The notes below the pieces were generated by a model, which saw only the letters and a program-made list of their open reading frames with translations, made no database searches and was not told the origin of the DNA. A stretch of DNA of 64,000 bases from a virus: positions 32,001 through 96,000 of the IMG/VR virus record IMGVR_UViG_3300022555_000024; one strand, 5' to 3'. Position numbers and translations under genes: made by a program. Below, piece by piece: positions 51,182 to 62,343 of this stretch (within the stretch, counting starts at the first letter, position 1; each line of letters starts with the position of its first letter).

Positions 51182-51808
51182 ATGAGTACTAATTCAACTA
51201 TTTCTATTGAAAATCAAGATGGTTCAATAAAATCTATTTATTGTCATTGGGATGGTTATACAGAACATAATGGTAAAATTCTCCAAAAGAATTATACTAC
51301 TAGTGAAAAAATTGAGGAATTGCTTAATCTTGGGTCATTGAGTTTTCTTGGAGAAAGTACAGAGAAACCTGTGGGTCATACCTTTGATAATCCCGTAAAA
51401 GGATATTGCATTGCATATGGTCGTGATAGAGGCACTGATGGTTATGATGCTGTTACTTACAAAACAATAAAAGAAATGATTGAGAAAGCTGGGCAGTCCT
51501 ATAATTATCTTTTTAAGAATGATTGTTGGTTTGTTCAGAGTGGATATGGTAGTTTTACTATGATAGAAGAAATTTTACAACTAGAAGAGGAAAATAAAAA
51601 AATGATTGAAAGAGATACGCTGATACTAGGTGTTCGTTGGTTTGCAGGCAAAATTGGAATTGCAAAATTAGACGTTCCATACGAAGGAATAAAGTATTTT
51701 ATAGCAATTGTTCCAGGTTACAACGAGGAATCAGATAAACAACATATTGCAGATTGGGGTAACACCTTCCCAAGTGATGTTGGAGATTTATTATTTAAGA
51801 ATCACTAA
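51182..51808 (+). CDS. conserved phage protein (YCHWDGY family)
   Basis: MST.STI...IYCHWDGY and AYGRDRG. Confidence 0.7.
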   Translation: MSTNSTISIENQDGSIKSIYCHWDGYTEHNGKILQKNYTTSEKIEELLNLGSLSFLGESTEKPVGHTFDNPVKGYCIAYGRDRGTDGYDAVTYKTIKEMIEKAGQSYNYLFKNDCWFVQSGYGSFTMIEEILQLEEENKKMIERDTLILGVRWFAGKIGIAKLDVPYEGIKYFIAIVPGYNEESDKQHIADWGNTFPSDVGDLLFKNH

Positions 51809-52576
51809 AAAGTTTCATAGTTAGTAAAAATTGTTTATATTATACTAGTTGAATAATTAAACTAATATCATAAATTTTAATTTTTGCTATGTTAACACTT
51901 AATAGTAAAAGATTCAGGTATCACCCAGAGTCAAAAACTCTCTCTGCAGAAATTTCTGAATTAAATGTTGGTGCATTTCCAACTGTGTTTCAGATAAAGA
52001 GTGAAAAAACTCTAAAAATAGCAAAATTTGGTTATATAAAGGGTACATATGATAAATGGGGTGACCTATTATATTATACATATACGTCGAAAGATACTAT
52101 TGCTTATGGAGTTAAAGTGAAAATTTTTAATGACTGATGTTAATAGTTGCAGAAACTACTAATTTTATGTTGATAATAACTTTTTAAAGGAGTGTAATAT
52201 GGAAGAACAAATTTTAGAATTAACAAATGAGATAAGGTACAACATCGCAACACTCTATGGAGCTATTTCTCTTTCAATTGGTTTTTCTGAGAATGAATTG
52301 AAAGATGGTATATTGCATATTGAACAACTTTTAGAATCTTTAGTAGAATTACTCGATACCGAAGAAAATAAAGAATATATGCGTGAAGGTCAAGAATCTT
52401 TAGTAGAGGTTCTTATTAATTTTGATAGATTAAAAGAAACTTTATTATAAATAATTATGACTATAATTGATATTTGAGATCTTCTAGCAGAACCAATTTC
52501 CTGTCTAATCTTCAGATTTCTTATTTCCAAAGTAATTATTTTACTACTAGAATAAAAAGTAACAAAAAAGGAGTTG

Positions 52577-53575
52577 ATGAAAACTTTCGTAGAATATTTT
52601 AACGAAAAAATAATAAAAAATTCATTTGGTTTAGAATCCGAAAAGCAAACTTTTGCTATAAAAGAATTGAATAAAAGGTCTGAGAAGATAGATGAAATGT
52701 TCTCAGATCATGATGCATTTTGTATTATGGAAGATTCTATGCTTTTAGAAAAGTTAATGACGTTTGGTGGAAAAGCATATCCAAAATTTGGTAATGTTGT
52801 TATAATGTGTGGAGGTACTGGAAGTGGAAAAGGATTTACTATAAAAAATCTTTTAGGTATAGAAGGAAAAATATTTGATGTTGATAAACTCAAATCTCTA
52901 TCTATAAATTCTACCAATCTTGCTGCAAAGATATTAAAAGAGACTGGATATGATATTAAGACGTTTGATTTAAGGAAATCAGAAGAGGTTTCAAAGTTAC
53001 ATTTAATCATAAAAAACATTTATCATTTCCAAGATAAGAACGAACGACAGTTTTTTAATAGTTTAGTTACTATTATGTTTTCTAAAGAAGAGATGAAACC
53101 AAATATTATTTTTGATGTTACTTTAAATTCTGTTAAAAAACTTCATGAAATATCAGTAAAAGTAGTTGATATGGGTTATAAAAAGGAAAATATTCATATC
53201 GTATGGGTTTTAACTGACATAGAAGTAGCAATTGAGCAAAATGCTAAAAGAAAAAGAGTTGTAGATAATGATATACTTCTACAGAATCATCAAGGAGTTT
53301 CTATTACAATGAAGAAACTATTGAGTAATTCTGAGTCCTTAAGAAAATGGATTGATGGAGATTTTTATATAAGTGCTAGTGTTACTGGAGATGATATAGA
53401 GAGTAAAAGCTCCAATAATGGAGGACATTTTATATCGAAAGCTTCGTATTTTAAGATAAAGAAGCAAGGCGAAGAACCAAAATCTATAAAGCAACTATCT
53501 AAAATAATCATTGGAAAAACAAATCTTTTAAATAAGATAAAATCTTACACTCCTAAAATTGATACTTGGGAGTAA
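52577..53575 (+). CDS. capsid-targeted P-loop kinase (zeta-toxin-like fold)
   Basis: MKTFVEYFNE, LLEKL, GGTGSGKG, IIFDVT and NAKRKRVV; TATAAATA at 52446. Confidence 0.65.
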   Translation: MKTFVEYFNEKIIKNSFGLESEKQTFAIKELNKRSEKIDEMFSDHDAFCIMEDSMLLEKLMTFGGKAYPKFGNVVIMCGGTGSGKGFTIKNLLGIEGKIFDVDKLKSLSINSTNLAAKILKETGYDIKTFDLRKSEEVSKLHLIIKNIYHFQDKNERQFFNSLVTIMFSKEEMKPNIIFDVTLNSVKKLHEISVKVVDMGYKKENIHIVWVLTDIEVAIEQNAKRKRVVDNDILLQNHQGVSITMKKLLSNSESLRKWIDGDFYISASVTGDDIESKSSNNGGHFISKASYFKIKKQGEEPKSIKQLSKIIIGKTNLLNKIKSYTPKIDTWE

Positions 53576-53590
53576 TATTATATAAAAATT

Positions 53591-54085
53591 ATGAATGTTC
53601 TATTATTAAATGTAGATTACACTCCCCTAGACACTATAAGTGTTGAAAGGGCTCTTATTCTATACTTCACAGAAAAGGTAGAAATTGTTCATGCTAAAGT
53701 TGATCAATTTATTCATACTATTACAAAGACGTTTCCTTTTCCTGAGGTTGTTCGTTTAAAACATTACATTTATCTTCGTAAAAAACAGATGAGTCCTACC
53801 AAAAGGAATATTTTTGAAAGAGATATGCATATGTGTCAGTATTGTGGATCTACAAAGCATCTTACACTAGATCATATTATCCCCGTTTCTAAGGGAGGTC
53901 AAAACACTTGGAAAAATCTTACTACTGCATGTTTTAAATGTAATAATAAAAAGGGTGATAGAACAGCAGAAGAAGCAAAAATGGTACTAAAAAGAGAACC
54001 CGCATTGCCTACTCATATTCATATAATTAAAAAGTATTCAGATGATAATAAACTGAAGACTTGGGAACCTTATATTTTTATGTAG
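53591..54085 (+). CDS. HNH endonuclease
   Basis: RD...CQYCG, TLDHIIP.SKGG and NLTTACFKCNNKKG. Confidence 0.92.
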   Translation: MNVLLLNVDYTPLDTISVERALILYFTEKVEIVHAKVDQFIHTITKTFPFPEVVRLKHYIYLRKKQMSPTKRNIFERDMHMCQYCGSTKHLTLDHIIPVSKGGQNTWKNLTTACFKCNNKKGDRTAEEAKMVLKREPALPTHIHIIKKYSDDNKLKTWEPYIFM

Positions 54086-54098
54086 GTGCAATTTTTTA

Positions 54099-54148
54099 TA
54101 TCGCAGTTCTATTCTTGTTAGTTTACAATGATTAATAGAACTGCGATA
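54099..54148. repeat. 15-bp perfect inverted repeat with 20-nt loop
   Basis: tatcgcagttctatt ... aatagaactgcgata. Confidence 0.7.
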
Positions 54149-54908
54149 GTTTATAACAATAATTTATAAATGAAATATAACACACAAACAATAGATATTT
54201 TTTCGGTGGAAACAATCGTTTATACTGGAGAAAAGATCTTGAACTTGAAAACGTAAACTGGGAATATAGAATTCGTTTTCATGAATATATGCAGCCATCT
54301 TTGCTTAAATTTAATCCCTTAAAAGTTACTGCAATTGACATATAGTATAGAAAAAATCTCAATAAAAATAAGAATTAAAGAATACCAATTTCAACTAATA
54401 GAAATAGGTTATAGTCCTAGAATTTTGGAGATAAATGATATTACACTGAGAAGACTAAAATTTATGATAAATTGTAAAGTAAAAGAAGATGAAATATAAT
54501 ACCAGTGATGTTTGTGGGTATATAAGTTACAGACATTATAATATATTACAGGTAGTTAGTTTAGATACATCGAAATCCCTTTCTAAATATATAAAAGATA
54601 TAGGAGGACTTATAATACTACAAAAGCTCTTTTTAGATCCAATGTAGTTTTATCTTATATTTTTCGAATCTCAAAAAAATAATTTAACACAATATTATTA
54701 TGTATATTTTAACATTAGCATTTGGTATAATTATAGGATATGTTTTAACTTCGTATGGAATTCTACCAGATCTTAAGAAATTTTTAAAATCTCTAGCACC
54801 CCAAAAAATCATTAAGGAAGTTGAAAAGGTTGAAATAATTATTAAAAAATAGTTTCATAGTTAGTGTAAAATGTTATATTGGTTAAATGATTAAACAAAA
54901 AATTTGTT

Positions 54909-55503
54909 ATGGGAATAAATGATATCCTCATCGAATTAGCATCAGAACCCTCTTCTAACGCTAAAATAAATATTTTAGAAAAACATAAGGACAATGAAAT
55001 TCTTCAGTCTGTGTTGAAATACACTTATTCCCCTTTTATTAATTATTGGGTAAAAGACTACGCAGAATCAAAACCGGAAAAACCGGCACCTGGAAATTAT
55101 ACTTTATCCGATGCATTGATAGATCTCGATAAAATCATCGGAAGAATTGTGACAGGAAATTCTGCAAGAGCCTTTTTAGAACAAATAGATTCTTCATTGT
55201 ATAACGGTGATAGAAAAGTTTTAAGAAAAATAATTAGTAGAGATCTTTCTTGTGGATTTGGTATAGAAAGTATTAATAAAGTTTGGCCGGGTTTGGTGCC
55301 AACAGTTCCTTATATTGTAAAGCAATCAGATTAAAAGAAGGATTTGACTTTAACACGTATAGCGGAAGTATTATTACAACAATCTTCAATTAATAACAAC
55401 AAAAGGTAGATACATTTATTCATTATTTTTACCAAGATTGCCTGAAATCTGTGAAGATAAAGACGTAGCAGATATGCTTGGATACATAAGACTATTTTCA
55501 TGA
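54909..55503 (+). pseudogene. ATP-dependent DNA ligase (gp30-like) with catalytic domain deleted
   Basis: Intact N-terminal DNA-binding domain ending INKVWPGLVP; out-of-frame C-terminal remnant YSLFLPRLPEICEDKDVAD at ~55405-55470. Confidence 0.75.
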
Positions 55504-55528
55504 CACTCAATCTAAAGGAGACGTAATT

Positions 55529-55864
55529 ATGACAAGCACCCCAGATAAATGGATAATTCTTAAGTTTTCTGAACCTGGAAATGTGACATATAAACTATTA
55601 GCTGGTTGGAATGAAACGTATTTAGGTTCTGCTAGTTGGCGATTAAATTCCGGTATTACCAGCGTAGTAGAAGCAGGTGATTATATCCACGTATTTGGTT
55701 TTTCTGGTAATAGTTATTATTGTCATAAAAAGTCATATGGTTGGACGTCGTTGACATCAGAAATTTATAAAACGTTCCAAGATGCTATTGCTACAGATGC
55801 AAAAGTTTCTATGGATATCATTCCAGAAGAAACTGATTTTTTAAAAATACAATATACCTTATAA
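55529..55864 (+). CDS. conserved phage hypothetical protein
   Basis: TPDKW..L, SWRLNSGI and G.SG..Y.C motifs. Confidence 0.65.
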   Translation: MTSTPDKWIILKFSEPGNVTYKLLAGWNETYLGSASWRLNSGITSVVEAGDYIHVFGFSGNSYYCHKKSYGWTSLTSEIYKTFQDAIATDAKVSMDIIPEETDFLKIQYTL

Positions 55865-56621
55865 TGCTACAAGCACATAATAATACTGTAAAAGAATTAT
55901 CAAATAGAATTCTTTTACTTATTCCAGATCATTTGGAAATTTTAGAAATGAGTGATCCGCAGCTTTTGTTAAAAATTGAAGGATTTTCTAAGAAGGGAAT
56001 TAATCATACTTATTTTATAACTGCATATGCTCTTTCTAAAGCAAAAGAGCTTTATAAATCTCAAAAAAATGAAACTGAATAATATTACTCAAATAGTTGA
56101 ATTTCCCCCTTTAATTTATATTTTTTATTATAGTAATTAAATGTTATATTAATTATAATGAATTCACTTTTATTTAATGAATAAAGGAGAAAAAATGGAA
56201 TGTAAAATTTGTTATGGTTGCGGTAAAAGATGTAGAGTAACAGTAAAAGCATCTCCTATTATTACAGGTACCCAGATATCAATTTGTTTACTTACAGAAA
56301 AAGAAATTCTAAAGACGATGATAGAATACATGAATTATTCAATTTATTTTTAATGAACAATCTTTTTGATTTTATAGTTTTCTTTCTTATTGGGCCAATA
56401 CTTCTTACATTAAGTATAACTTTTTGTTTTCAATTGTTTTATCTTTTGACATTCGAACGAATTCAAAAGAAAAAAGATAGAAACTTTACGGAAAGGGTTA
56501 GTGGGTATCATAAAAAAGAGTAAGATAAAGCCGACCAATTTAATGAACAGTTATACTTATTTCCGTCGCAGTACACAAGTCAAGATTGGTAATATTGCAA
56601 ATGCTTAATTGAAGTAAAAAT

Positions 56622-57416
56622 ATGAAATTTAGAGTAGCCAGTGATTTACATTTAGAATTTAGATCATCATATCTTGATGATGTTCTGTTTTTACCAGATC
56701 TTCAAGATGATAAAGAAACTTGTTTAATTCTTGCTGGAGATATAGGACTTCTATATGACCCAAGAACATATGCAAAATTTATGAAACATAGTTCTGAACA
56801 ATTTAAAAATATTTTTTGGATTGGAGGTAATCACGAATGGTATCATAGCAATATAGATAAAATTAATATCAAAATGGCTATAGATGATCTTGCTTTATCA
56901 AATATTTATACAGAACGTTTAGTTTTGGAAGAAGAACGCATTTTTATAATTGGATATACTTTATGGACTAATTTTGATAATGAAGATCAAGATTCTATGC
57001 TTATTGCGCAAAGATATATGAGTGATTTTCATATTATCGAAACAAGCAACGATATTGACTCCAAAACTAGTATATTAAAGCCACGAGAAACCTTGGTATT
57101 TCATAGAGAGCAGCTAGAAAGTATATTTTATGGAGTAGATCATTATTCTAAATTGGGATATAAGTGCATTGTGGTTTCGCATCATCAACCATCTTTAAAT
57201 GGTATACAAAAAGAATTTCAAGGGGATCGAATGAATGGAGCATTTGCTTCTGATTTAGATGAAAAAATAAAAAAACATAACATAGAATATTGGATAGCAG
57301 GCCATACTCATTCTATGCAAAAATATATGATAGGTAACACGAAGGTTATTACAAATCCACTTGGATATCCTTCAGAAGATACCGGATTTGATCCAACTTT
57401 AACGTTTGAATTATGA
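56622..57416 (+). CDS. calcineurin-like metallophosphoesterase
   Basis: SDLHLE, AGD, GNHE, HH and GHTH. Confidence 0.9.
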   Translation: MKFRVASDLHLEFRSSYLDDVLFLPDLQDDKETCLILAGDIGLLYDPRTYAKFMKHSSEQFKNIFWIGGNHEWYHSNIDKINIKMAIDDLALSNIYTERLVLEEERIFIIGYTLWTNFDNEDQDSMLIAQRYMSDFHIIETSNDIDSKTSILKPRETLVFHREQLESIFYGVDHYSKLGYKCIVVSHHQPSLNGIQKEFQGDRMNGAFASDLDEKIKKHNIEYWIAGHTHSMQKYMIGNTKVITNPLGYPSEDTGFDPTLTFEL

Positions 57417-57989
57417 TATACTTTTTCTTGGGTACGCTTGTTGGGCTTGCAACTATTTATATGACTATAACATCATATAAAGAAGGGTTGGATAACTATT
57501 TTAAACATATTAAAGAATTCCCAAATCGACCTTAATAATTATAAAATGAGAAGAAATATAAAATTTAGAGTTTGGGATAAAGAACTACAAGGTATGCTTT
57601 TTTGGGATAAATGCATATAATTGAAAAGGGATATGCCTATGATGAACCCTCAAGCATTTTTTTTTACATAGTAACATATAGAATAGAAACTAATTCAGAG
57701 TATAAGGAAAGAATAGAAGAGTTGCAAAGAATAGATGAAAAGAAGAGCGAAAGAGAGAAACAAAGAGAGAAAGAAAAAAAGACACGAGAATACAATCAAT
57801 ACTTGATACTTAAAGAAAAATACGAATGATTATTACCACAGGAGTAAGGAATGTAACATTGATGTTACCAATATTTGTATTGGTGTTAGAATGTGCATAT
57901 CCAGTTTTAACAAAAACATTTTCTTATACAATGGACAGGATAATTCTGTTTACAGCAATTATTGGAATTATTATTTTACTTTTTATTAA

Positions 57990-58553
57990 ATGAGAATTTT
58001 TTATGATACAGAATTTTTAGAAGATGGTAAAACCATTGAATTAATTTCTATTGGTCTTATTAGAGAAGATGGTAAGGAACTCTATCTTATAAACAAAGAA
58101 ATGGAAATAGATAGAATCTTTAGAGACGATTGGGTTCGCGAAAACGTTCTTCACGATATTTTTCATGACATGTTAATTGGTTATACAGAAGCAGGCGGCG
58201 ACATAACAAATTTTTATTTTAGGAAACTTGATTTTTGGTATCTTCTTCAGGAATATGGAAATACTAAAAATGAAATCTGTGAAGAAATATTAAAATTTGT
58301 AGGAAAGAACCCTATTTTTTATGCAGATACGTGTGCTTATGATCACGTTGTCTTATGTCAGTTATTCGGGAAGATGATAGATATTCCAAAGGGGTGGAGA
58401 TATTATACCCGAGACATTAGACAAACTATAGATGAACTTAAATTTGATACATCTAAAGTTCATAATTTAAATGAGCACAATGCATTATCTGATGCTAAGA
58501 ATTGTTTTGAGATATGGAAAGAGTTGGAAAAAATTAAAAATATAAAAATATAA
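57990..58553 (+). CDS. DEDD 3'-5' exoribonuclease (Rv2179c/DUF5051-like)
   Basis: YDTEF, LISIG, AYD and HNALSDA. Confidence 0.85.
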   Translation: MRIFYDTEFLEDGKTIELISIGLIREDGKELYLINKEMEIDRIFRDDWVRENVLHDIFHDMLIGYTEAGGDITNFYFRKLDFWYLLQEYGNTKNEICEEILKFVGKNPIFYADTCAYDHVVLCQLFGKMIDIPKGWRYYTRDIRQTIDELKFDTSKVHNLNEHNALSDAKNCFEIWKELEKIKNIKI

Positions 58554-58819
58554 AAATATGGCAAACAAAGATTGGGAATTAATTTCCTACAATCAGTCTG
58601 TAGAATTCAACAAAAACGTTAATGGAATAGAGGAAGAGAGGTTTTTAACACGAGAAGAAGGAGATAGCATTGATAGATTCCTTTCGGTACTCGCTTCTTA
58701 TTATATGGTACTTGCAGCAGGTAAAACGGTAGAAGAAATATCTGTATTTGCTAAAGTACCAAAGAAAACAGCAGAAGCAATTTTAGGCTTTGTTGATATT
58801 CTAAATGAAATTGTTGTAG

Positions 58820-59623
58820 ATGTACAATAATCAATTTGTAGTTCAATCGAATTTGATTGATATTGAAAAACAAAAATGTCTAGCACAAGCTGTTATTGAT
58901 AGCGGTTTTAAATTGTTTGAAATTCAGGTGATTCCATTTACAACAGATGTTGTTTTTCCTTTTAAAGAACCAGATCATCAATTTCCAATAATTCCTATCG
59001 GTTCAACTAAGTTGATAAAGATATCAAGGGATAATAATTGGTCTGGTCTTTTCTATAATGAAAATTTCAAAATGAGTGTTTTCAATGCTAATAGAAAAGA
59101 TATGTTAAATCAGGATGCTGTATTTGTTTCTGTTAAAACAATGAAAGAAACTACAAATATTAATGACTATAAGAAAGAAGAAAATGTGTTTGTTAAACCA
59201 GACGAAGACCTGAAGGAATTTTCTGGTGTAGTTACGACATGTGAAGAACTCTTTGATTGGCAAAATAGTAAAGATAATAACAATCCAGATCTTAATGAGA
59301 ATACTATTATTGCGGTAGCAGAACCTAAAAATATTCATTATGAATGGAGATGTTTTGTTGTTGACGGTGAGGTCATAACTGCTACAAAGTATAAGGATCA
59401 TATCAACAAGGGACATGGTACTGTCATCGGCGATGTTGAATTTGATTTGTCGCGGTTTCAAACCTTAGCAGACGTCTGGTTACCTCATAAATGTTGTGTA
59501 ATGGATATTGCTCAAGTAAAGGAAGGACTTAAAGTGATAGAATTCAACTGCTTAAACGGTGCTGGATTTTATAATAAAAACGATATTTTGCCTGTAATTA
59601 AATCAATAAATCAATACTTTTGA
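58820..59623 (+). CDS. ATP-grasp protein (DUF4343-like)
   Basis: FVKP...K.FSG, EWRCFVV, MDIA and VIEFN...AGFY. Confidence 0.8.
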   Translation: MYNNQFVVQSNLIDIEKQKCLAQAVIDSGFKLFEIQVIPFTTDVVFPFKEPDHQFPIIPIGSTKLIKISRDNNWSGLFYNENFKMSVFNANRKDMLNQDAVFVSVKTMKETTNINDYKKEENVFVKPDEDLKEFSGVVTTCEELFDWQNSKDNNNPDLNENTIIAVAEPKNIHYEWRCFVVDGEVITATKYKDHINKGHGTVIGDVEFDLSRFQTLADVWLPHKCCVMDIAQVKEGLKVIEFNCLNGAGFYNKNDILPVIKSINQYF

Positions 59624-59673
59624 TTACTTCTTTTTTGCATTCATAGAATTTTTTAATATTTAATGGAGATATA

Positions 59674-60558
59674 ATGATAATAATGAAGTTGAATTTAGAT
59701 TCTGATTTTAATCCATCTGTAAATCTTGATATTGGGAATGCTCAAGATACGATTACTGCCGATTTATTTCAATTTTCTGGTGGAGAGTGGCACATAAAGG
59801 TTAATAAATTTCGTCACTATAAAGACTATAAGGTCGTTATAACAAACAGATTCAAGGATGGTAATGATTTATTGAAAGTTTTTATTGCTAAAGATGCACT
59901 TGAAAGAATGGGTGTTAAGCATTTTGAGCTTATTATGCCATATATTCCATATGCAAGGCAGGATAGGCAATGCGCAGAAAGAGAATCTTTTAGTCTCAAA
60001 GTTTTTGCTAATCTTTTGAATACTGCTAAATTTGATAAGGTTACAGTATACGATGCTCATTCTGATGTTGCGCCAGCAATTATAGAAAATTGTGTTAATA
60101 TTTCCAATACTCGTTTTGTGAGACAAATAATACCTGAATTAAAACTCGATAAATTTTTATATCTAGTTTCGCCTGACTCTGGTGCTAATAAGAAAATGAA
60201 TATTTTATATTCGAAGATGATAACACATTTTGGTATTAATTATCCTATAGGATTAATAAAATGTGATAAAAGAAGAAACACACAAGATGGTACTATTGAT
60301 GGATTTGAAGTATTCTGTGATGATATCAAGGGAGCAAATTGTTTGATTGTAGATGACATCATAGATGGCGGAGCAACATTTATTGGAATTGCTAAAGAAC
60401 TAAAGAAAAAGAATGCTGGTAATATTTATTTGTTCTGTACTCATGGAATTTTTTCAAAGGGATTTGATCAATTAAGAATTAGTGGAATACAACATATTTT
60501 TTCAACTAATTCTTTTAGTGATAGTAAAGATGAAATTTTAACTAGATTTTCTATTTAA
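59674..60558 (+). CDS. ribose-phosphate pyrophosphokinase-like protein (probable Adps of NARP1)
   Basis: FSGGE, PYIPYARQDR, DAHS, SPDSGA, VDDIIDGGATF and THG. Confidence 0.88.
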   Translation: MIIMKLNLDSDFNPSVNLDIGNAQDTITADLFQFSGGEWHIKVNKFRHYKDYKVVITNRFKDGNDLLKVFIAKDALERMGVKHFELIMPYIPYARQDRQCAERESFSLKVFANLLNTAKFDKVTVYDAHSDVAPAIIENCVNISNTRFVRQIIPELKLDKFLYLVSPDSGANKKMNILYSKMITHFGINYPIGLIKCDKRRNTQDGTIDGFEVFCDDIKGANCLIVDDIIDGGATFIGIAKELKKKNAGNIYLFCTHGIFSKGFDQLRISGIQHIFSTNSFSDSKDEILTRFSI

Positions 60559-61283
60559 CTCATGGTATATTTTCAAACAAATTTGAGGATTTAGCGAAGT
60601 ATTTTGAGTTAATTTTTACTACAAACTCAATGAAAGATATTAGCAATAATCTTGTTGTTCAATACAAAATCTAAAAGACATGAACTTAAAAGAAGCAATT
60701 GAAAGTTATAATGATTCAATCGAATATATTAGAACGTATATCGATGATAATCCTCTTCAAATAGAGGAAGCTAAAAACATTATATAGATAGACATAATTT
60801 TCTTCATCCAGATTCGGTATTGAGTGGTACGTTTCCATGGTTCCATAAAATAGATGGTGATTTGATTGTATTCCATCAGGTTAATGGAGAACATGATGAG
60901 TATCTTCATATTGATTTTGTTTATCTATTTGACGAAGAATATAAACGGAAATCACATGACGAGCTTATTGAAATAATAAAATGTATAAAATAATGCTAAC
61001 AGCAACAGAAGCAGCGGAACTAACTATCGAAGTCAAAGGGTTTACGTAAAAAGGGAAATGGAGGAGATATTAGAGGAAATAAAAGTGCTTGCAAAATATG
61101 GTAATCATGTTTATAGATCTAGTATAATATCTAGTTATGCAATTATAGAATTGAAGAAATTAGGATTTAAAGTTTCAGCTCGTGGAGAGTCTTATAATGA
61201 AATGCTTTCTGTTTCTTGGGATCATTTGATATCTACCGACTTAAATATCATAGACACAATTAAATTTAAATAATAATAATAAA

Positions 61284-61568
61284 ATGCCATTTTTTAAAAA
61301 GAAGCTAGTAATAATAGAAGCAGTTCAATTTAAAACTTTAGATAGTATTCATGAACTACAGCATTTTATGGGAGATGCATTAATCAATTGGGGGATAGAC
61401 GATAATTCTGTTGGATGGGTTGAAATTGGTACTCTTGAGGATGGTGAAGGAGATCACCAGGTTAAACATATTGCTACGGAAGGCGATTTTATTATAAAAG
61501 GTGTGGAAGGTGAATTTTATGCCTGTAAATCAGATATTTTTGAAAAAACTTATATAAATTTATATTGA
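61284..61568 (+). CDS. PGDYG-like small phage protein
   Basis: KK.V.IEAVQF, TLE and GDFIIKGVEGEFYACKSDIFEKTY. Confidence 0.7.
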   Translation: MPFFKKKLVIIEAVQFKTLDSIHELQHFMGDALINWGIDDNSVGWVEIGTLEDGEGDHQVKHIATEGDFIIKGVEGEFYACKSDIFEKTYINLY

Positions 61569-61809
61569 TAGAGAAGATTAGTAAATTCCTACACGAAGAG
61601 TGTTGGATGGTATATGCCAATAGATTGATAAAAAACATCAGAACCAATCGAGGAAACAAAAAAGAGGTGGCAAAAGGATTGCATCATGCCCTATGAGGAT
61701 TTATCAGAAGTTGAAAAGGAAAAGGATCGTCAGTTCGCAAGAAAATTACTCGAATTATTGGATAAACATAAGGAAGACACGAGAACTTTAAATTAATTAA
61801 CAACACAAA

Positions 61810-62321
61810 ATGATCATGAAATATTATTTCTTTTGGGCCGGTGAATTTAGCAATTGGAGCTATTCTCCTTTTAAATGTGATTCCATCACATTTAATTGTG
61901 GTGAACAGTATATGATGTGGGCTAAAGCGATGGTCTGTGGTGACGTTCTTACAGCGGGAAAAATTATGGAAGAGCAGCAGCCTATTAATCAGAAAAAGCT
62001 TGGAAGACAGATTCAAAATTATGATGAAGCTGCATGGAGTGCTAACCGATATCATCTCGTGAAGAAGGGCTTAGAGAAAAGTTCTTACAGAATTCAAAAC
62101 ACATGGATGCATTAAAAAATCATAATGATAAGATAATCGTAGAGGCTTCTCCGAATGATAGGATTTGGGGAATCGGTTATAGTGAAAAATACGCCATAGA
62201 AAATATTGATAATTGGGGAGAGAATTTGCTTGGAAAGATAATTACAGAGCTTGCCTCTGAGTTGACTAAAGCTACTCCATTACCTTTAGATTGGAAAGAT
62301 CGTCCTGAACTTTGTAAATAA
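61810..62321 (+). pseudogene. NADAR (YbiA-like) protein, frameshifted near 62078
   Basis: FSNW, EQYMMWAKA and KKLGR in one frame; VEASPNDRIWGIG...WGENLLG in the next. Confidence 0.85.
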
Positions 62322-62343
62322 TATCATTTAAATTGAATAAATT

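Noticed and set aside
57547-57620. YopX-like N-terminus (MRRNIKFRVWDKE)
   Set aside because: Only ~24 codons; a fragment that cannot be called a gene.
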